Notes: generated by a model from the letters alone, not told the origin. Positions 48,324 to 60,380 are shown, counted from the stretch's first letter. The stretch is DNA of 64,000 nt from Utricularia gibba (GCA_002189035.1 NEEC01000030.1:124001-188000); one strand, 5' to 3'. A program made the numbers and translations.

Positions 48324-51300
48324 ATGATGACAGCTAAGAATGGACCATGTCCATAATGCATAAATAAGCATGCATAAGAATTGATTTTCGAAAAATTTAA
48401 TCTAGTGAGAAATGTAGTCAACTCTATGCTCTACTGTCATGAAGCTTCTTTTAATCCATGTAAAGATTTCTTGAGCAAGCACACATCATTATGCTTGCAA
48501 AAATAGCTTGCTGAGGGATGCACATATATTTCCTCTTCAAGAAAAGCATTATTCATGTCAACTTAATGAAGATACAATCGACACATTGTAGTTAAGGGTA
48601 CAAATATTTGCATCATAATTACCTTTGCAATCGGTGCAAAACTCTCATGGAGATCAATACACATAACTTGGATATAACTCTTTATTACTAATCAAGATTT
48701 GTATTATGCAATAGAGCCACCAGTGTGTCCTCTTGATTCTGTAAACCTATTTGTACCCCACAGTGCATTTGCTCAATGGAAAGTTTGTCAATGACCATGT
48801 TTCGTTGTCACATAATGTTCCTTGCAATATAGCGAAATGACAAGCTCTTGAGTTTGATAAGTAATATAACGTACAATCCTACAAAAGATTTGTATAGATC
48901 CTGAAAACAAGGACATTCTAGATAATAAAACATTTGCTAGGGCAAAATAACGTGAAAGCTTGAATGACTTGAGAAAAAAAAGATTGTCCTTCCAATAAAT
49001 AAAGCCCTTATTTGATCCTCTCAACAGTGAGTATTTCCTTAGAGTCCTGGGTCTGTAAAAGTCAATAATCATCAGAAATAACACATCGATACACATATCA
49101 TCACCTAATCACATAATAGATAATAGATAGTATCAAAAAATAGAGAACCAATAAAGTTTTAAGCAACTTTTTCATGCTTGCCACATCAATTGTCCCAATC
49201 CCTCAAATGGGGCTAGTGAAACAATATGGCATGCTAAATTGTTGATTAACGACACTTTTGCCCATAGAAAAATGATCAATAGAATAGCAAACAAGAGTTG
49301 TAACACTGGAGTCTATTATCCACTTCCATAGTTTTCATATAAAATCCTATGCAATGTTGCTTGTCATAGTAACTTGAGTGGTCATTAATATTGAAGATTG
49401 TGGTAAACCTAAGAAATAAAGCCCAATGAAATTAACAGGATGATGTTGTCCAACTTTTTTGTATATATATATTTATTTAAATATACTTCCTTTATTCATA
49501 ACAAATATGAGAAGCTCTAATTGAGGCCTCTCTTGTCATTGATTTTACGATCATTGCACCCTATGTGACGATATCAAAAGTTGCACCCTATGTGACGATA
49601 TCAAAAGTTGAGTTATCAGTCACAAGCTTATCGAGATGATTCTCAATGTTCAATATGGTTACAAATGGCATTCCTACAGTAATATCCTTATTCATTGCAA
49701 AAATTTGATTGCAAGTAGCATTTTAAACAGTCAATGAGTCCTCTTAAAAATTGCATCAATCAACTGGTATTAGACAAGTTCAAACGTATAATCATGTTGC
49801 ATTTTTAGCACTTCACTTTAGGTGTGAGAGTATCTAAATACTTCCATAGAGCATCTAACCTTGGATAATGTTGGGCCACACTCTATTATCCTTGGTTGCA
49901 AATGAAAACATCAAGTTGAGCTTGGTAGTATAAGTTGTTAATTAGCAAGCTATAGTGTTCTTCTAACATATTTTGTAGTTTATACGCACTTGATGCACCT
50001 ATGAAACTAGGAAACAAATCCTTTGATATTTATTGAATTTAATATCCAAAAATATACCATATAATCATTATGTAACTACAAAGCACAAGGGGGATCATCT
50101 TTAGAAGGTATGAGAATATCACTAAACCATTCTAAGTTTGTTCTTTGCGCCAAGGGTTAATCGAATACTATGATGCCATTCAAAGAAATTCCAGGTAGAG
50201 AGAAAAATCAGTCACTAAAGAGGCGCTTGGATGATCGGAGCCATTGAGAAGGAGAAAATCAAACTTATCTTTATGATATCTAATTATTACTCTTTTGATT
50301 TTAGATACTGCATCATCAAATTTTTTGTTTCTAACCATGTTAAAAAAAAAAAAAAGAAACTCTTCTCACCAAAAGGTAATTATAACAAACATGATTCTCT
50401 TCTACTTTTATAATTGAGTTTTTTATAATTGATTCTTTTTCAATGGCAATATTTTTATAATTGAGTGTGTGTTTTTGCTAATAATGATAGTATATATAAA
50501 ACTATATTTTTAGCTTCACCTTATTTGAAAAACACAACGCCGGTAACCACATTTCTCACCTCCCGTTACGATCCTGTGTACCTGCACTCAATTTAGTTTC
50601 CAATCAGCAGAATTGTTCTGCTGGAACACCCACCATATAAACTTTTGGAGGAAGCTATGGTCTGCAGTGTATACGCATCGCGGATGCCTCTCTCAAACCT
50701 GACGCCACCATTTGCGCTTGCAGCACTGTTAGCATTGGGGAATTTTCACGAGCCCCAGTCTAAGGGCGAAAATCGGTGTAGTCGACGGCGACGACTCCAT
50801 CCTCCGCTGAAAAAAAAAGAGATAAACATGAGCATAGCACCAGTATGCACTGCGACTATTCATTCATTAATTTGTGGGACGCTGATGGGAATCTGTATTG
50901 TACTTAGAATCCCTCAACCGCAAAAACTTTGAACACTTCTTTGAATGATAACTACTCCTTGGAAAGACAATTGCCGAACCTTGGCTCTTGTTAATTGGGA
51001 AGTGAAATGAACTGTCAGAAACGGTCTTCCACACTGAATGAAGGATTCTACTAGTTCCAGTACTGTGTATAGGGTGATCCGAAAAGACTGATCGAGTCGT
51101 AAGCTCCGGTCATCTTATCGTTGCATTACGTCGAGATGGGTAGATATGTCTGTGGGTGTTTAGTTTTGCTCTGTTATAAACTACAGATATAAGGGTCTGT
51201 TGCTGCTGCAGATTGTCGAATTAGTGCATATACGCTTGCTAAAAAGCATGGCAAAAATTGTTACTAACACAGATGCTCAACAATGAGCTGTTGTGTATCG

Positions 51301-51492
51301 CTGAGTAGTTCACTTCCAGCTGTGCATCTGCAGGCCCTTTCAGCATCGTCCTTGAAGCTGCATTCTGCAGAGAGCTTACAAAACAAATTGGAAATCGGGC
51401 TGGAAGCTGGAAAAAAATCGGAACCTATACAGGAAACAGTCATAGGAAACTTGGTGGATAGTTGTAGGCATGTTAGGTGTTAAGTGTTTTCA

Positions 51493-52356
51493 TCAGCATC
51501 CGATGCTATCTTCCGATGGCTGTAAAGCTTGGATTTTTACCATGACCTTCTTAAACGACGAACTCGACATTGTTGTACCTTGGAATCCGTAACCATATCC
51601 AATTAGAACACCACATTTGCGACAAAGAAGTTTGGATCTTGGAACATAACCTGCCCAAGCCATAGGCCAGCATTTCGTTTTGTCCTCCTGTGTAAATCTG
51701 CTGGGATCAATGGATCCAAAGGAGATGTACCCCTTGTTGATAGACCTTATATACTTGGAATCAATGGATGATGCTGTGCGGTTCGTTGAGGTTAAGTTAA
51801 GTGGATATCGACACGAACCGCAGCTGCAAACATGCAGATGGACAGATGAAAAGAGCAGATTCATTTTTATATGAAGCCACAGGATGTGGATGGTTCTTCT
51901 CCGATTTGAAAACTAAGAGAAAACTGCCCAACAAGTAGAAGCAAACACACCCCTAACCAACAAGAATGCAAGGGGACCGATCATGATTGAAGAATGGATG
52001 ACAACAAACGCTGTTCCATAAAAAAACTATATTTTTACCAAATCAAAAAAAAAAAAGAAAGAAGCATAAAAAGTGTAGAAACAATAAAAGAAAACATAAA
52101 AGCACCCGATAATACGACACAAATCAAACAAAGAAAAGATTTCGGGCAGAAAACTGGTGGATGCGTAGTGGCTAGAACCAGAGTAATGCAATCGAATCAC
52201 AGTTTTCACGCACCCCCATTAAACTTCCAAAATAATACCGAGCCCACAACAGATAAAGAAAAAATACAACTGAAGGGCCACACGCAGGGATCAAGATAGA
52301 AGGCAATATGGAATTGGAAGATGCAATTACCAGTAGGAGACATTGCGTTGGGACAT
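51493..52356 (-). CDS. Small uncharacterised putative zinc-binding protein (CxxC...CxxC), similar to the At4g08330 family; 2 exons, 118 aa
   Basis: Exon 1 52356-52331 (MSQRNVSY), GT-AG intron, exon 2 51823-51493; spliced MSQRNVSYCCGSCRYPLNLTSTNR...ISFGSIDPSRFTQ...SKLLCRKCGVLIGYGY...KIQALQPSE; 357 nt in frame. Family match is from memory. Confidence 0.9.
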
Positions 52357-52900
52357 TTTCTGGGTCTAAGGCGATGACCCCATGGAGAATACAACAGTGC
52401 CCGAGATGCGGAACCCGATAACTTCTTGGGAGTTGGGAAAGAAGAAGAAGGCGTTTCCGCAGTTGATGTAAAAGTCAGTTGAAAATAACAAAGGATTGGC
52501 GCTCTCTCGTGTCCTTTGTTCACCCGATTCGTGCTAATAAATAGTAACTTGCTACGGTCTCCAACCTAATAAGCTTTCACCTCCCTAACATTAGATTGAG
52601 TTATCGACCGAAATTTTATTTTTATTATAATTTAGGATTCTTTTCGATAAAATGATATTTAATTTGTATGTGAATATTATTGTAGCTTAATTTTTTGTAT
52701 AATTGGCTGGACGGTGGTTCTATTAAACAAAAAAAATCAAATATGCATGAAACATCAAAAAGCTAATATATTATTTTTAGTAGCAATAAATGGGAGGACG
52801 CTAAATGGTGAGACTGAGACCGAGCGTAACAATTTTATCAAAAGGTATCCATTATTATAAAAAAAATAATAATAATTGTAAAAAAATAGTAATGCAACAC

Positions 52901-54031
52901 TGTGATAATTGATTTTACTGCAAAACATGTTTTTTATTACTATTGAGTATTGTTTTTAACTACTTTACACTCCAATTTCTCATTATTTTTAATTATTTTT
53001 ATATATTTTACACTAATTTAATCTTTTTGAAAAGAAAGTGTATTTTATGGATTTTTTGGACCTTTTTTAATCAATTTAAAAAGAAATCAATACCTAAAAA
53101 TTTATAGGTTTGATGATACATGAATCTCGATCAAAGGATGAAGATATGATCTAAGATTTATAGATAAGATAAAGATTTTAAGATGATCTTTAAAAATCTA
53201 CATAAAATATTTGAATAGAAGTTCTTATCCAAACCTATCAATCAAGTCCAATATGAAGAATAGAATTTGTTTTCCTATAAATACCCTACTCACTCAATCA
53301 TTAGAGTTCATAACCAATTTTTCTGTGTATTTTTTTCCCTATTTTTGTGTTTAATTTCATGTTAGAATCAAGTATGCACATGTAGATTCTTACAGCTAAG
53401 AATTTATGGTGAAGGCTTACTTGCGCAAGTCCTGCATATGTGACTGTTTTATTATGTTTTTCGACATTTAATTTGAGATTTGTTCTATTTTTTACAATAT
53501 TTTCTTTACCAATGTACTTTTTAGTACCACATAATCCAAAAGGAATATGGAAGAATCTAAGGATAGGCCTCAAACATATTAGAAGAAGAGCTCAATTGGA
53601 CATTGCTGGTAAGACATATTTTATGTAATCAGTATGTGAGGTGTAGGAGATAGATTTGAGTGTGGGGAAAATATAAATTACCATAAGAGGTGAAATAACT
53701 TTAGTATTATGGTTGATTCTATAATCCTGCTAAAACAAGGGACGGTGATATAACGGTTATCGAATAATACTATTTTAGAATAACACCTTCAGAATTTACG
53801 CAAGTAGGTCAGTACCCAAGGTTTATATACACAAGTATAGGTGAGTTTAGAGAAGGGTAGATCCTAGATCCAAACCCACTTTTCATATTATTTTTAAAAC
53901 CAGTCTATTAGTTTGTTTATGGTCATTTTTGAGTCATTGTTTCAAAAGAAAATTCCAAAAACAATTCCTTTTCGATACGGATCTTATTTTATTACTTCAA
54001 CGATTTCTGTACACTTGTAGAATTACGATCA
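52901..54031 (+). mobile_element. Family D LTR (about 1130 bp) with no internal domain after it
   Basis: TGTGATAA...TACGATCA, TATAAATA near 53277; collinear with the interrupted copy at 15698-26745. Confidence 0.85.
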
Positions 54032-54037
54032 AGCTTT

Positions 54038-54112
54038 TAGTGCCATTGCCGGGGATTGAGCCTGGGTCACCAGCATGATAGATAGGTATACTCACCACTA
54101 TATTACAACAAC
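54038..54112 (-). tRNA. tRNA-Asp(GTC)-derived pseudogene, full 72 nt plus degenerate CCA, continuous with the LTR primer-binding site
   Basis: Minus strand reads GTTGTTGTAATATAGTGGTGAGTATACCTATCTATCATGCTGGTGACCCAGGCTCAATCCCCGGCAATGGCA then CTA; about 57/72 identical to the recalled plant tRNA-Asp; anticodon GTC now ATC; mostly C>T and G>A changes. Confidence 0.9.
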
Positions 54113-54124
54113 TTAAAAATTATG

Positions 54125-54365
54125 CATTTGGGATATAATGGACCCAGAAATTTTCATAATGGGGCATAATGGACTAATTAGTTTTGTAAATGGGCATATT
54201 TGACCTATAAGTTTAGTGAATTGGCATATTTGACCCAAATAGTTTACTGGTTCGATATATTGGACCTGCATAGTTGAACCCTGTTCAATAATATAAAAAG
54301 TATTTTAATAATATATAATTAATTATTAAAATATATAAAAATTACTGTTTTTGATATTTGACCCT
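54125..54365. repeat. Cluster of short subrepeats resembling a DNA-transposon (MULE-like) terminal region
   Basis: Six variants of GGCATAwTkGACC (GGATATAATGGACCC, GGGCATAATGGACT, GGGCATATTTGACCT, TGGCATATTTGACCC, GATATATTGGACCT, GATATTTGACCC). No partner inverted copy found in the window. Confidence 0.5.
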
Positions 54366-54734
54366 AAAGTGAATTGGGGGTGGCCCTCTTTTCCTCTAGC
54401 AAGTGAAGGCAAACTATGAAGAGCTTGGGAGAAATGATTCCCGGACATCCAAAAAGGGGTGAAAATTGGATGTGTTTTTTTTTTTTCTGATTCTGTGCAT
54501 GTTAAAGTTTGTTTTTTTTTTCCTATATAGAGACTAGAAAATAGTAGAAGAAGATTATAGAAGAGTAGTTGCTCTAGATCATCATTCTCTAAAGGTATAG
54601 CTTTTGTGATTTTTTTTCACTTCATTGCATTATTGCATTTATTTCTTGTTTGCCTGATTGCTATTTTTGAACTTTTGTGCAAAATTTCGTTTTTTTTGTG
54701 AATGATAGTTTTCCAAGAGATGCTGAACAATTAT

Positions 54735-55818
54735 TGATAAAAATCCATATCAAATAAATTTATAAGCCATAATCCTCAAAAAATACAAATTAAACACAAA
54801 TTTACAGTGGAATTCGGAGTCGATTACAAGGAGCTTGTGTTTCCTAAGTGTTTCAGTAGATGCATAATTCGGAATAACAGTGGGTCTTAATCTAAACTCA
54901 GACTAGCAGTTGCAAGTAAGTTCAGTAAACAAAATCAGGTTTCAATGTGAAAGGTAACAAGTACTGGTTCTAACTCAAAATAAATCAAGTATCTGAGTTG
55001 CTAAGCTACTTGTTGCCCTCCTTAGGTCTACCCATGGAATGATAGAAACAAGAATTAAGAAACAAACATAAATTATATCATTAACCCTAGACCCACATCA
55101 CCATATTTCATCTTAAGACATCCCTAAAGTTTTAGCTACTCATATATGGAAGATAAAGCATGATATCATTAAGATAAACTGAAGAGAATAGCAAAGACAT
55201 TGTAAAACAATAGTCAAAGTAACGAAATATTCAGCAAACTAAAGATAAAGTAGAGTGTTTTGTTTGTGATCTGCTACAGTTCACTGCCTTAAACAGTAGT
55301 GCTGAATTGGGTTTTTGATGTTGTTCTTCAAGTCTTTGGTCTTCCTTCTGGAGAAATTGCCTTCCTCTTCCTTCTTTCGTATTCGTCGTGTTCGAGTTGG
55401 GGGAGAAACCCCCTCGTGTGTGTGTTGCAAACTGCTGGTTGAACCCCCTTTTGCGACTCGCTCTCCTCCATTTTTTTTCTCTATCTCGCACTTCCCAGAG
55501 CAGGTACAATCTTTGAGAGCTCTGCTGCTCTTGCCCTTGACTTGCAGACTGCCACCGCGACAGTGTACTCATTGCTCCTTGCTGCACGGTGGCTTGCACG
55601 AAATCCTTGACTTTTCCATGATTTTGGGGTTGGTGCTAGACTCAAAATCGGATTAGAACATGGGGTGGGCAAAATCAAAGGATTTAGCCCACTAATACAC
55701 CAAAAATCACATTTTTTCTAATCACATAAAAATACTTAAAATTATAAAATTAACAACTAAACATAATTAAAAATTTGTGATTGTCCTATCCTAAAACCTG
55801 AAAATTTGTGTGCTATCA
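54735..55818 (-). mobile_element. Solo LTR, family C (1084 bp), TSD ATTAT
   Basis: TGATAAA...GCTATCA; ATTAT at 54730-54734 and 55819-55823; lacks a central block of about 270-320 bp present in 46412-47819. Confidence 0.92.
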
Positions 55819-56149
55819 ATTATGTTGATCTTTATTATTTATCATTTTGAAGTTACTTTCTTTGAACTTTTTTACCTACTAAACAGAAACTTTACATGGA
55901 TATGTCATGTGTTGCCTATGTGCACTTGAAGAAGATTCTTCAAGATGTTTTAGGGTTGTATATCTCTCTGCAATGTGAATTGGAACAATTTCATGCATAT
56001 AACTAATTGAATACCTAGATAATCCATAATTAATTTAAACTCGTTGTAGTGATATGTGTCTTAACAATTTAAGCTTTCTATCTTCAATTAATGAATGGTA
56101 TGGGTGCCACTAATATAGTTCAAATGAAGCATCATTTGCTCTCTATCTT

Positions 56150-56536
56150 ATTGGAACTAGACCTGCAACTATGTGTTGGCTGCATACATGAATACATGTC
56201 CTCAGATGAATTGTAATAAGCTGCAACCTTGATGTTAGAAATGTAGGTATCAGTGGAGTACCACTGCCATTTCAGTTAGTAAGTATGATAATAAACAATT
56301 GCCTATGTTGGTTGCTTTGCTTAAGATGACTAACTGGGCATGCATGTTATGTAGTGGCTCCTGTTTTTTATGCTCACTTGGCTGTAACCCAGCTAGGTCA
56401 GTGGATGAAGTTTGACCAAAACTCGAAAACATCCTTTGGCCAAGGTGGTGGTTTCAATAGTGCAACTTTCGCTTTGGCTGTTCTTGTGATGCCTCCACTT
56501 GAGAAAAAAGTTAGAAACCCCATGTTCTTATGCTAA
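56150..56536 (+). pseudogene. AGO4: Argonaute AGO4/6/9-clade 3' fragment (end of PIWI domain) with intron
   Basis: Decayed IGTRP..SDEL; 32-bp exon 56247-56278 YQWSTTAISV; GT-AG intron 56279-56354; last exon APVFYAHLAVTQLGQWMKFD...PPLEKKVRNPMFLC*. This matches the recalled AGO4 end YQRSTSAISVVAPICYAHLAAAQLGTFMKFE...NSMFFC*. Paralogue within the clade not resolved. Confidence 0.87.
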
Positions 56537-56586
56537 TCGGAACTAATTCATCATATATAACATATCTTTTTAGAGGTAAATATCAT

Positions 56587-59297
56587 TGATACCCAATTTT
56601 TCTACCCTATCACTTCTCTTCTTCTTGGATTCACCTACTTTGGGGGATAAAGGTGGTTATTTTTGCTAAGATCATTTGCTTGGGAAAATAGAAGCAGAAG
56701 TTAGGGCCACCAAATGAAGCCTAACTCATTTGTTGCTATCATATTTTAGGGCATGGCTTGCTTGGTCTTGCACTACTTGGATTTTTTTTACATTTTAGAA
56801 CATCTAGTTTTATAGCCTTTAGGTGGATTAATCTGTAATATGTTCTTCGACAATGTATTGCATGTTATGAGATTATTAAATCTATCCCCATTATTTATCA
56901 TTTTATATGGATTAGTGTTATTTCTTCTTCAAGATTATGTGCTCTTTTGTATTATGCTATCAATTCTATACATGTGACTTCTGCTCTGCTTTTGATATTG
57001 CAATTCGTGTTCAAGATTTGGCATGGGGCTGATTTAAAACCTTCCACTCGTGAGAGTCTTCATGGGTGACTTAACTAGCTTTTCTTTCACAGTTGTTGCT
57101 CTTTTCTCTTGTTTAGTATTCTAGATAACTTCTTTGTTTCGAAGAACTTCTGCATTTTTATTTTTTGAGATTTTCTTTATCATTACTTCTAGTGTGTGTG
57201 TCTTTTGCATTCAACTCACCTTTGTTAAAATTCCTTTCCAACCTGCACTTTTCACCAGAATCTATTTTGTAAGAACTTTCTTTGCCATGGGCATGGAAGT
57301 TCCTCCTTGGGGTTTGACGAGATCATGGATAATACAGATGGTCACAATGAAGATAAAGGACAGAAGATCAATAAACCTCCATTGATTTCACTTGGGTCAA
57401 TCACTAGATCAAGAGCACTAATGAATTAAGAGGTGGTTAAGGGGCTATGGGTCAATGAACAAATCCATGAGGTATTTGGTATAGAATTCAACCTTCTCAA
57501 AGTGGAACAACTTGAGTAGAGGAGGCCCATCACTCTCAAGTACATTATTACTACTTTTCTTTTGAGAATGCTCAATCCTTCATCTATATAAGAAGGGCTT
57601 CACTCTTGTTTAATACAACTTTGATTGTAATGACTTTTGAGAGCAATGCTATTTCTTTGAGTTCTTGTAGAACTTTAGACTTATCAAGCCTTGCTTGTGG
57701 TGTCTAGTGTGTGGTTTATCACTCCCAATCCCTTCATTGATTTTGTGAGTATGGTACAATTTCATAGTTTGGGTTGCAGGGATTTTCAATCCTTAAGGGC
57801 CAACTTCTTTTTCTTGAAGGATTGCTTCTTTTGAACCAAGATCTAGTTTGTCAATCACTTATTGATTGGAGGGTCATATCAGGGTTTCACATACATTGCC
57901 TTTTTCCTTTTCCTTTAGTTTGCTGCTGGAGCAATGCAACTATCACCCTTGAATATTCTTGAAAAATTGTTGCTATCGGAAGAGCTATCTGCACCACCAT
58001 TTTCCAAGGCCCAAATTCATATCTTATGAACTTAGGAATTGATGTCATTTTCCTAAAAAGGAACATAAGGCCCTATTATTCTATCAATTTAAACTCATAG
58101 GAAGTTTGGATACAGTTTAATAAACATCACATAGAAAGAGGTGAAACAAAAAAAGTGATTCACATAATCATAGTAAAGCATGGTGTGGATAACATGCTTA
58201 GTTTAACAACTCCCTACACAGACTCAACATTTAAAGTACTTAACAAAGACAATAGGGACCAATTTGGAGGCAAGCTCTACTCTGAAGGACCAACGTGGAC
58301 CCACAAACAAGAGGCACCAAACGGGTGGTAGTGGGATCCCTTCCTCTATGACCTGGATTGCAACACCTAATCCTGCCTTTCCTGATCATTTCCATGAATA
58401 ATTATAGTCAAGGCACCGGATGCAATACATAGAATCAAGAAGACCATGTAAAGAAGGTATGTAACCATTCAGATTAAAAGCTTACAAAGAAACATGAAGA
58501 ATAATAACATTGAACATATCATGAGTCCCTTGGCTATGTGACCATTTACATGTATGGATGCACTCCCTTGACATTAGTAACTTTATTCTAGAAACCTTAT
58601 TAACCAAGATGAAGAGGTTCTTTTGACTTTGGCCTCATGAAATTAGTAGAGGGGGGCCACCCCCTTCACCAACCATGCACTATTGTAGCCCCTCTTTCCA
58701 TTCCCTTTCAATGCTTCAACCTTATACCATCTGGTGGCTAAAAGTACATAAGGAGTTGCCTCAAGCATGCTTGACATAAATGAGTGTGTGTCTACAGCTG
58801 CAGATGACTCTTATATAAGCATAGATTTGTTCCTCCAATGGATCTCCCACATTTTCTTCCTTTCAAATGTTTTTCCATTCACCTATGCTCTCTTCATAAC
58901 CTTAGTCATTTTTATCCGTAATTCCTCTAAACGAGATACATGTCACCACTTGATTAAAACACGTGGCACTTTCTGATTCTACATGAAATACATATGAACA
59001 CCTTATTAAAACATGTAGTGCTTTTTGATTGACCATGCTACATGTTTTATCTTTGTTTGTTTCAATCGAAACACGTCATCTTTTTAAAACACATGGCGCT
59101 TTCCGATTGGCCATGGTTGCATATCTCATCTATCTTCGTTCTACCTTTTCTTTTCCTTCAATTATAATCTTAGTTCTGAAACCTCACACCGCTGGTGTTG
59201 TTCTAGGTTTTACTAACTTATTTTTCGCTTAGTGTTTTGTTGCTGTTTGTTTCACCTTTTCCATGCTAGTGCTCGTCCAACTAGAGGGTAGTTATCA
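56587..59297. mobile_element. Probable old long solo LTR (about 2.1 kb without the nested insert)
   Basis: TGATA...TATCA termini; flanks ATCAT and GCCAT (imperfect TSD); part is repeated at 29400-30070. Confidence 0.45.
57315..57881 (+). mobile_element. Solo LTR of CRM (centromeric retrotransposon) type, 567 bp, TSD GGGTT
   Basis: TGACGAG...CATATCA; GGGTT at 57310-57314 and 57882-57886; encodes GSITRSRA (57394-57417), like the CR motif that runs into CRM LTRs; CTATATAA near 57584. Confidence 0.85.
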
Positions 59298-59876
59298 GCC
59301 ATTGGAAGAGTAGAATGTGGATAGCGATTCCTTCACCCCTTGTCATAGTGATAGAGTTTTGACTACTCAAACTTTAATTCTCTTTTGATTGGGGTAGTAA
59401 CTTTCAACAAAAACGAAATTTTTGGACCTAACTTGCCTCCATCTAAAGTAGAGACTAGCTTGCAGTCATGTAGTGAAATGTTTTGAAAAAATACAGTAAA
59501 ATAAAAATAGTAAACAAAAATAAAATGAATGAAATGAGGTCTCGGTATCTCGTCACAGTGCTCTTTGGTTCGTAAAATGAATGAATGGCAAGATCTTTGT
59601 ATAATCTTTCAGGTATTTTCATCACTACAAGGGTGACGTTATCAAATGCTTAGCAACTGGACATTTATCAAATAATTTCTTCTAGCCATTTTGTTCATAG
59701 ATTTTACAACAAATGGCCCTTCCCATTTCAACTTCAATTTTCCTAGGTGAAGTTGAAACCTGGAATGATACAAAAGTACGTTCTACCTTGCCTCAAATTC
59801 CTTCTTTTCAATCATGGTATCATGATAAAATTTGGTCAATTCCTTGAAACTACAAGAATTATTAATTCAATCGAAC

Positions 59877-60380
59877 TCAAATATTATTGAAAGAGAGTAA
59901 TAGCTTCATTTCAACTAAGGACTGAAAGTCTCTAAAGACACCAATGACCTTGGATTTATGATGTAGAAAATATATCCAAGTATTATGGCTATAATCATCA
60001 ACAAATATGACACAATATCTAGTGTGAGATAGAGATGAACAAGGAACATTACTGAAAACATCTAAATGCATCAAGCCTAAGGGATGTGAAAGGCGCTTTA
60101 CGATAGTGAGGGTAAAGAGGATGCTTAGTGTGTTTTGCAAGCTCCCAAGAACAAATGGGAAAACTTGAAGAAGAAGAATTCAATAATTTATTGGAAACAA
60201 GGTTCTATAGAAAATGATGTCCATAATGACCCAAATGGTTGTGTCAAACTGCACCATGAAAAATTTTATTAAAATATGAACTCCACAAAGAGGAAGCCTC
60301 GAGAAAAACAATGACCAAGGCGTTGAAGAAGAAGATGGCAAGGGTTGGAAATGATCATTACCCTTCAAATAATATAAATG
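59877..60380 (-). pseudogene. Ty1/copia integrase N-terminal fragment
   Basis: PLGLMHLDVFSNVPCSSLSHTRYCVIFVDDYSHNTWIYFLHHKSKVIGVFRDFQSLVE. Confidence 0.88.

Larger units (their letters stand above)
45035..48800 (-). pseudogene. Ty1/copia reverse transcriptase remnant (48800-48324 and 45372-45035), split by an LTR insertion
   Basis: IDLHESFAPIAK, VDMNNAFLEEEIYV, VCLLKKSLHGLKEA, then across the insert IYVDDI and YWIAVRQLLGYL. Confidence 0.85.

Noticed and set aside
50760-50808. EDGVVAVDYTDFRP* as a possible DY-type sulfated peptide (RGF/PSY) C-terminus
   Set aside because: No signal-peptide exon found and the residues after DY do not fit RGF or PSY patterns.
54038-54112. Functional tRNA-Asp or tRNA-Ile gene
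   Set aside because: About 15 substitutions disrupt stems, the anticodon and the T-loop; no Pol III terminator.
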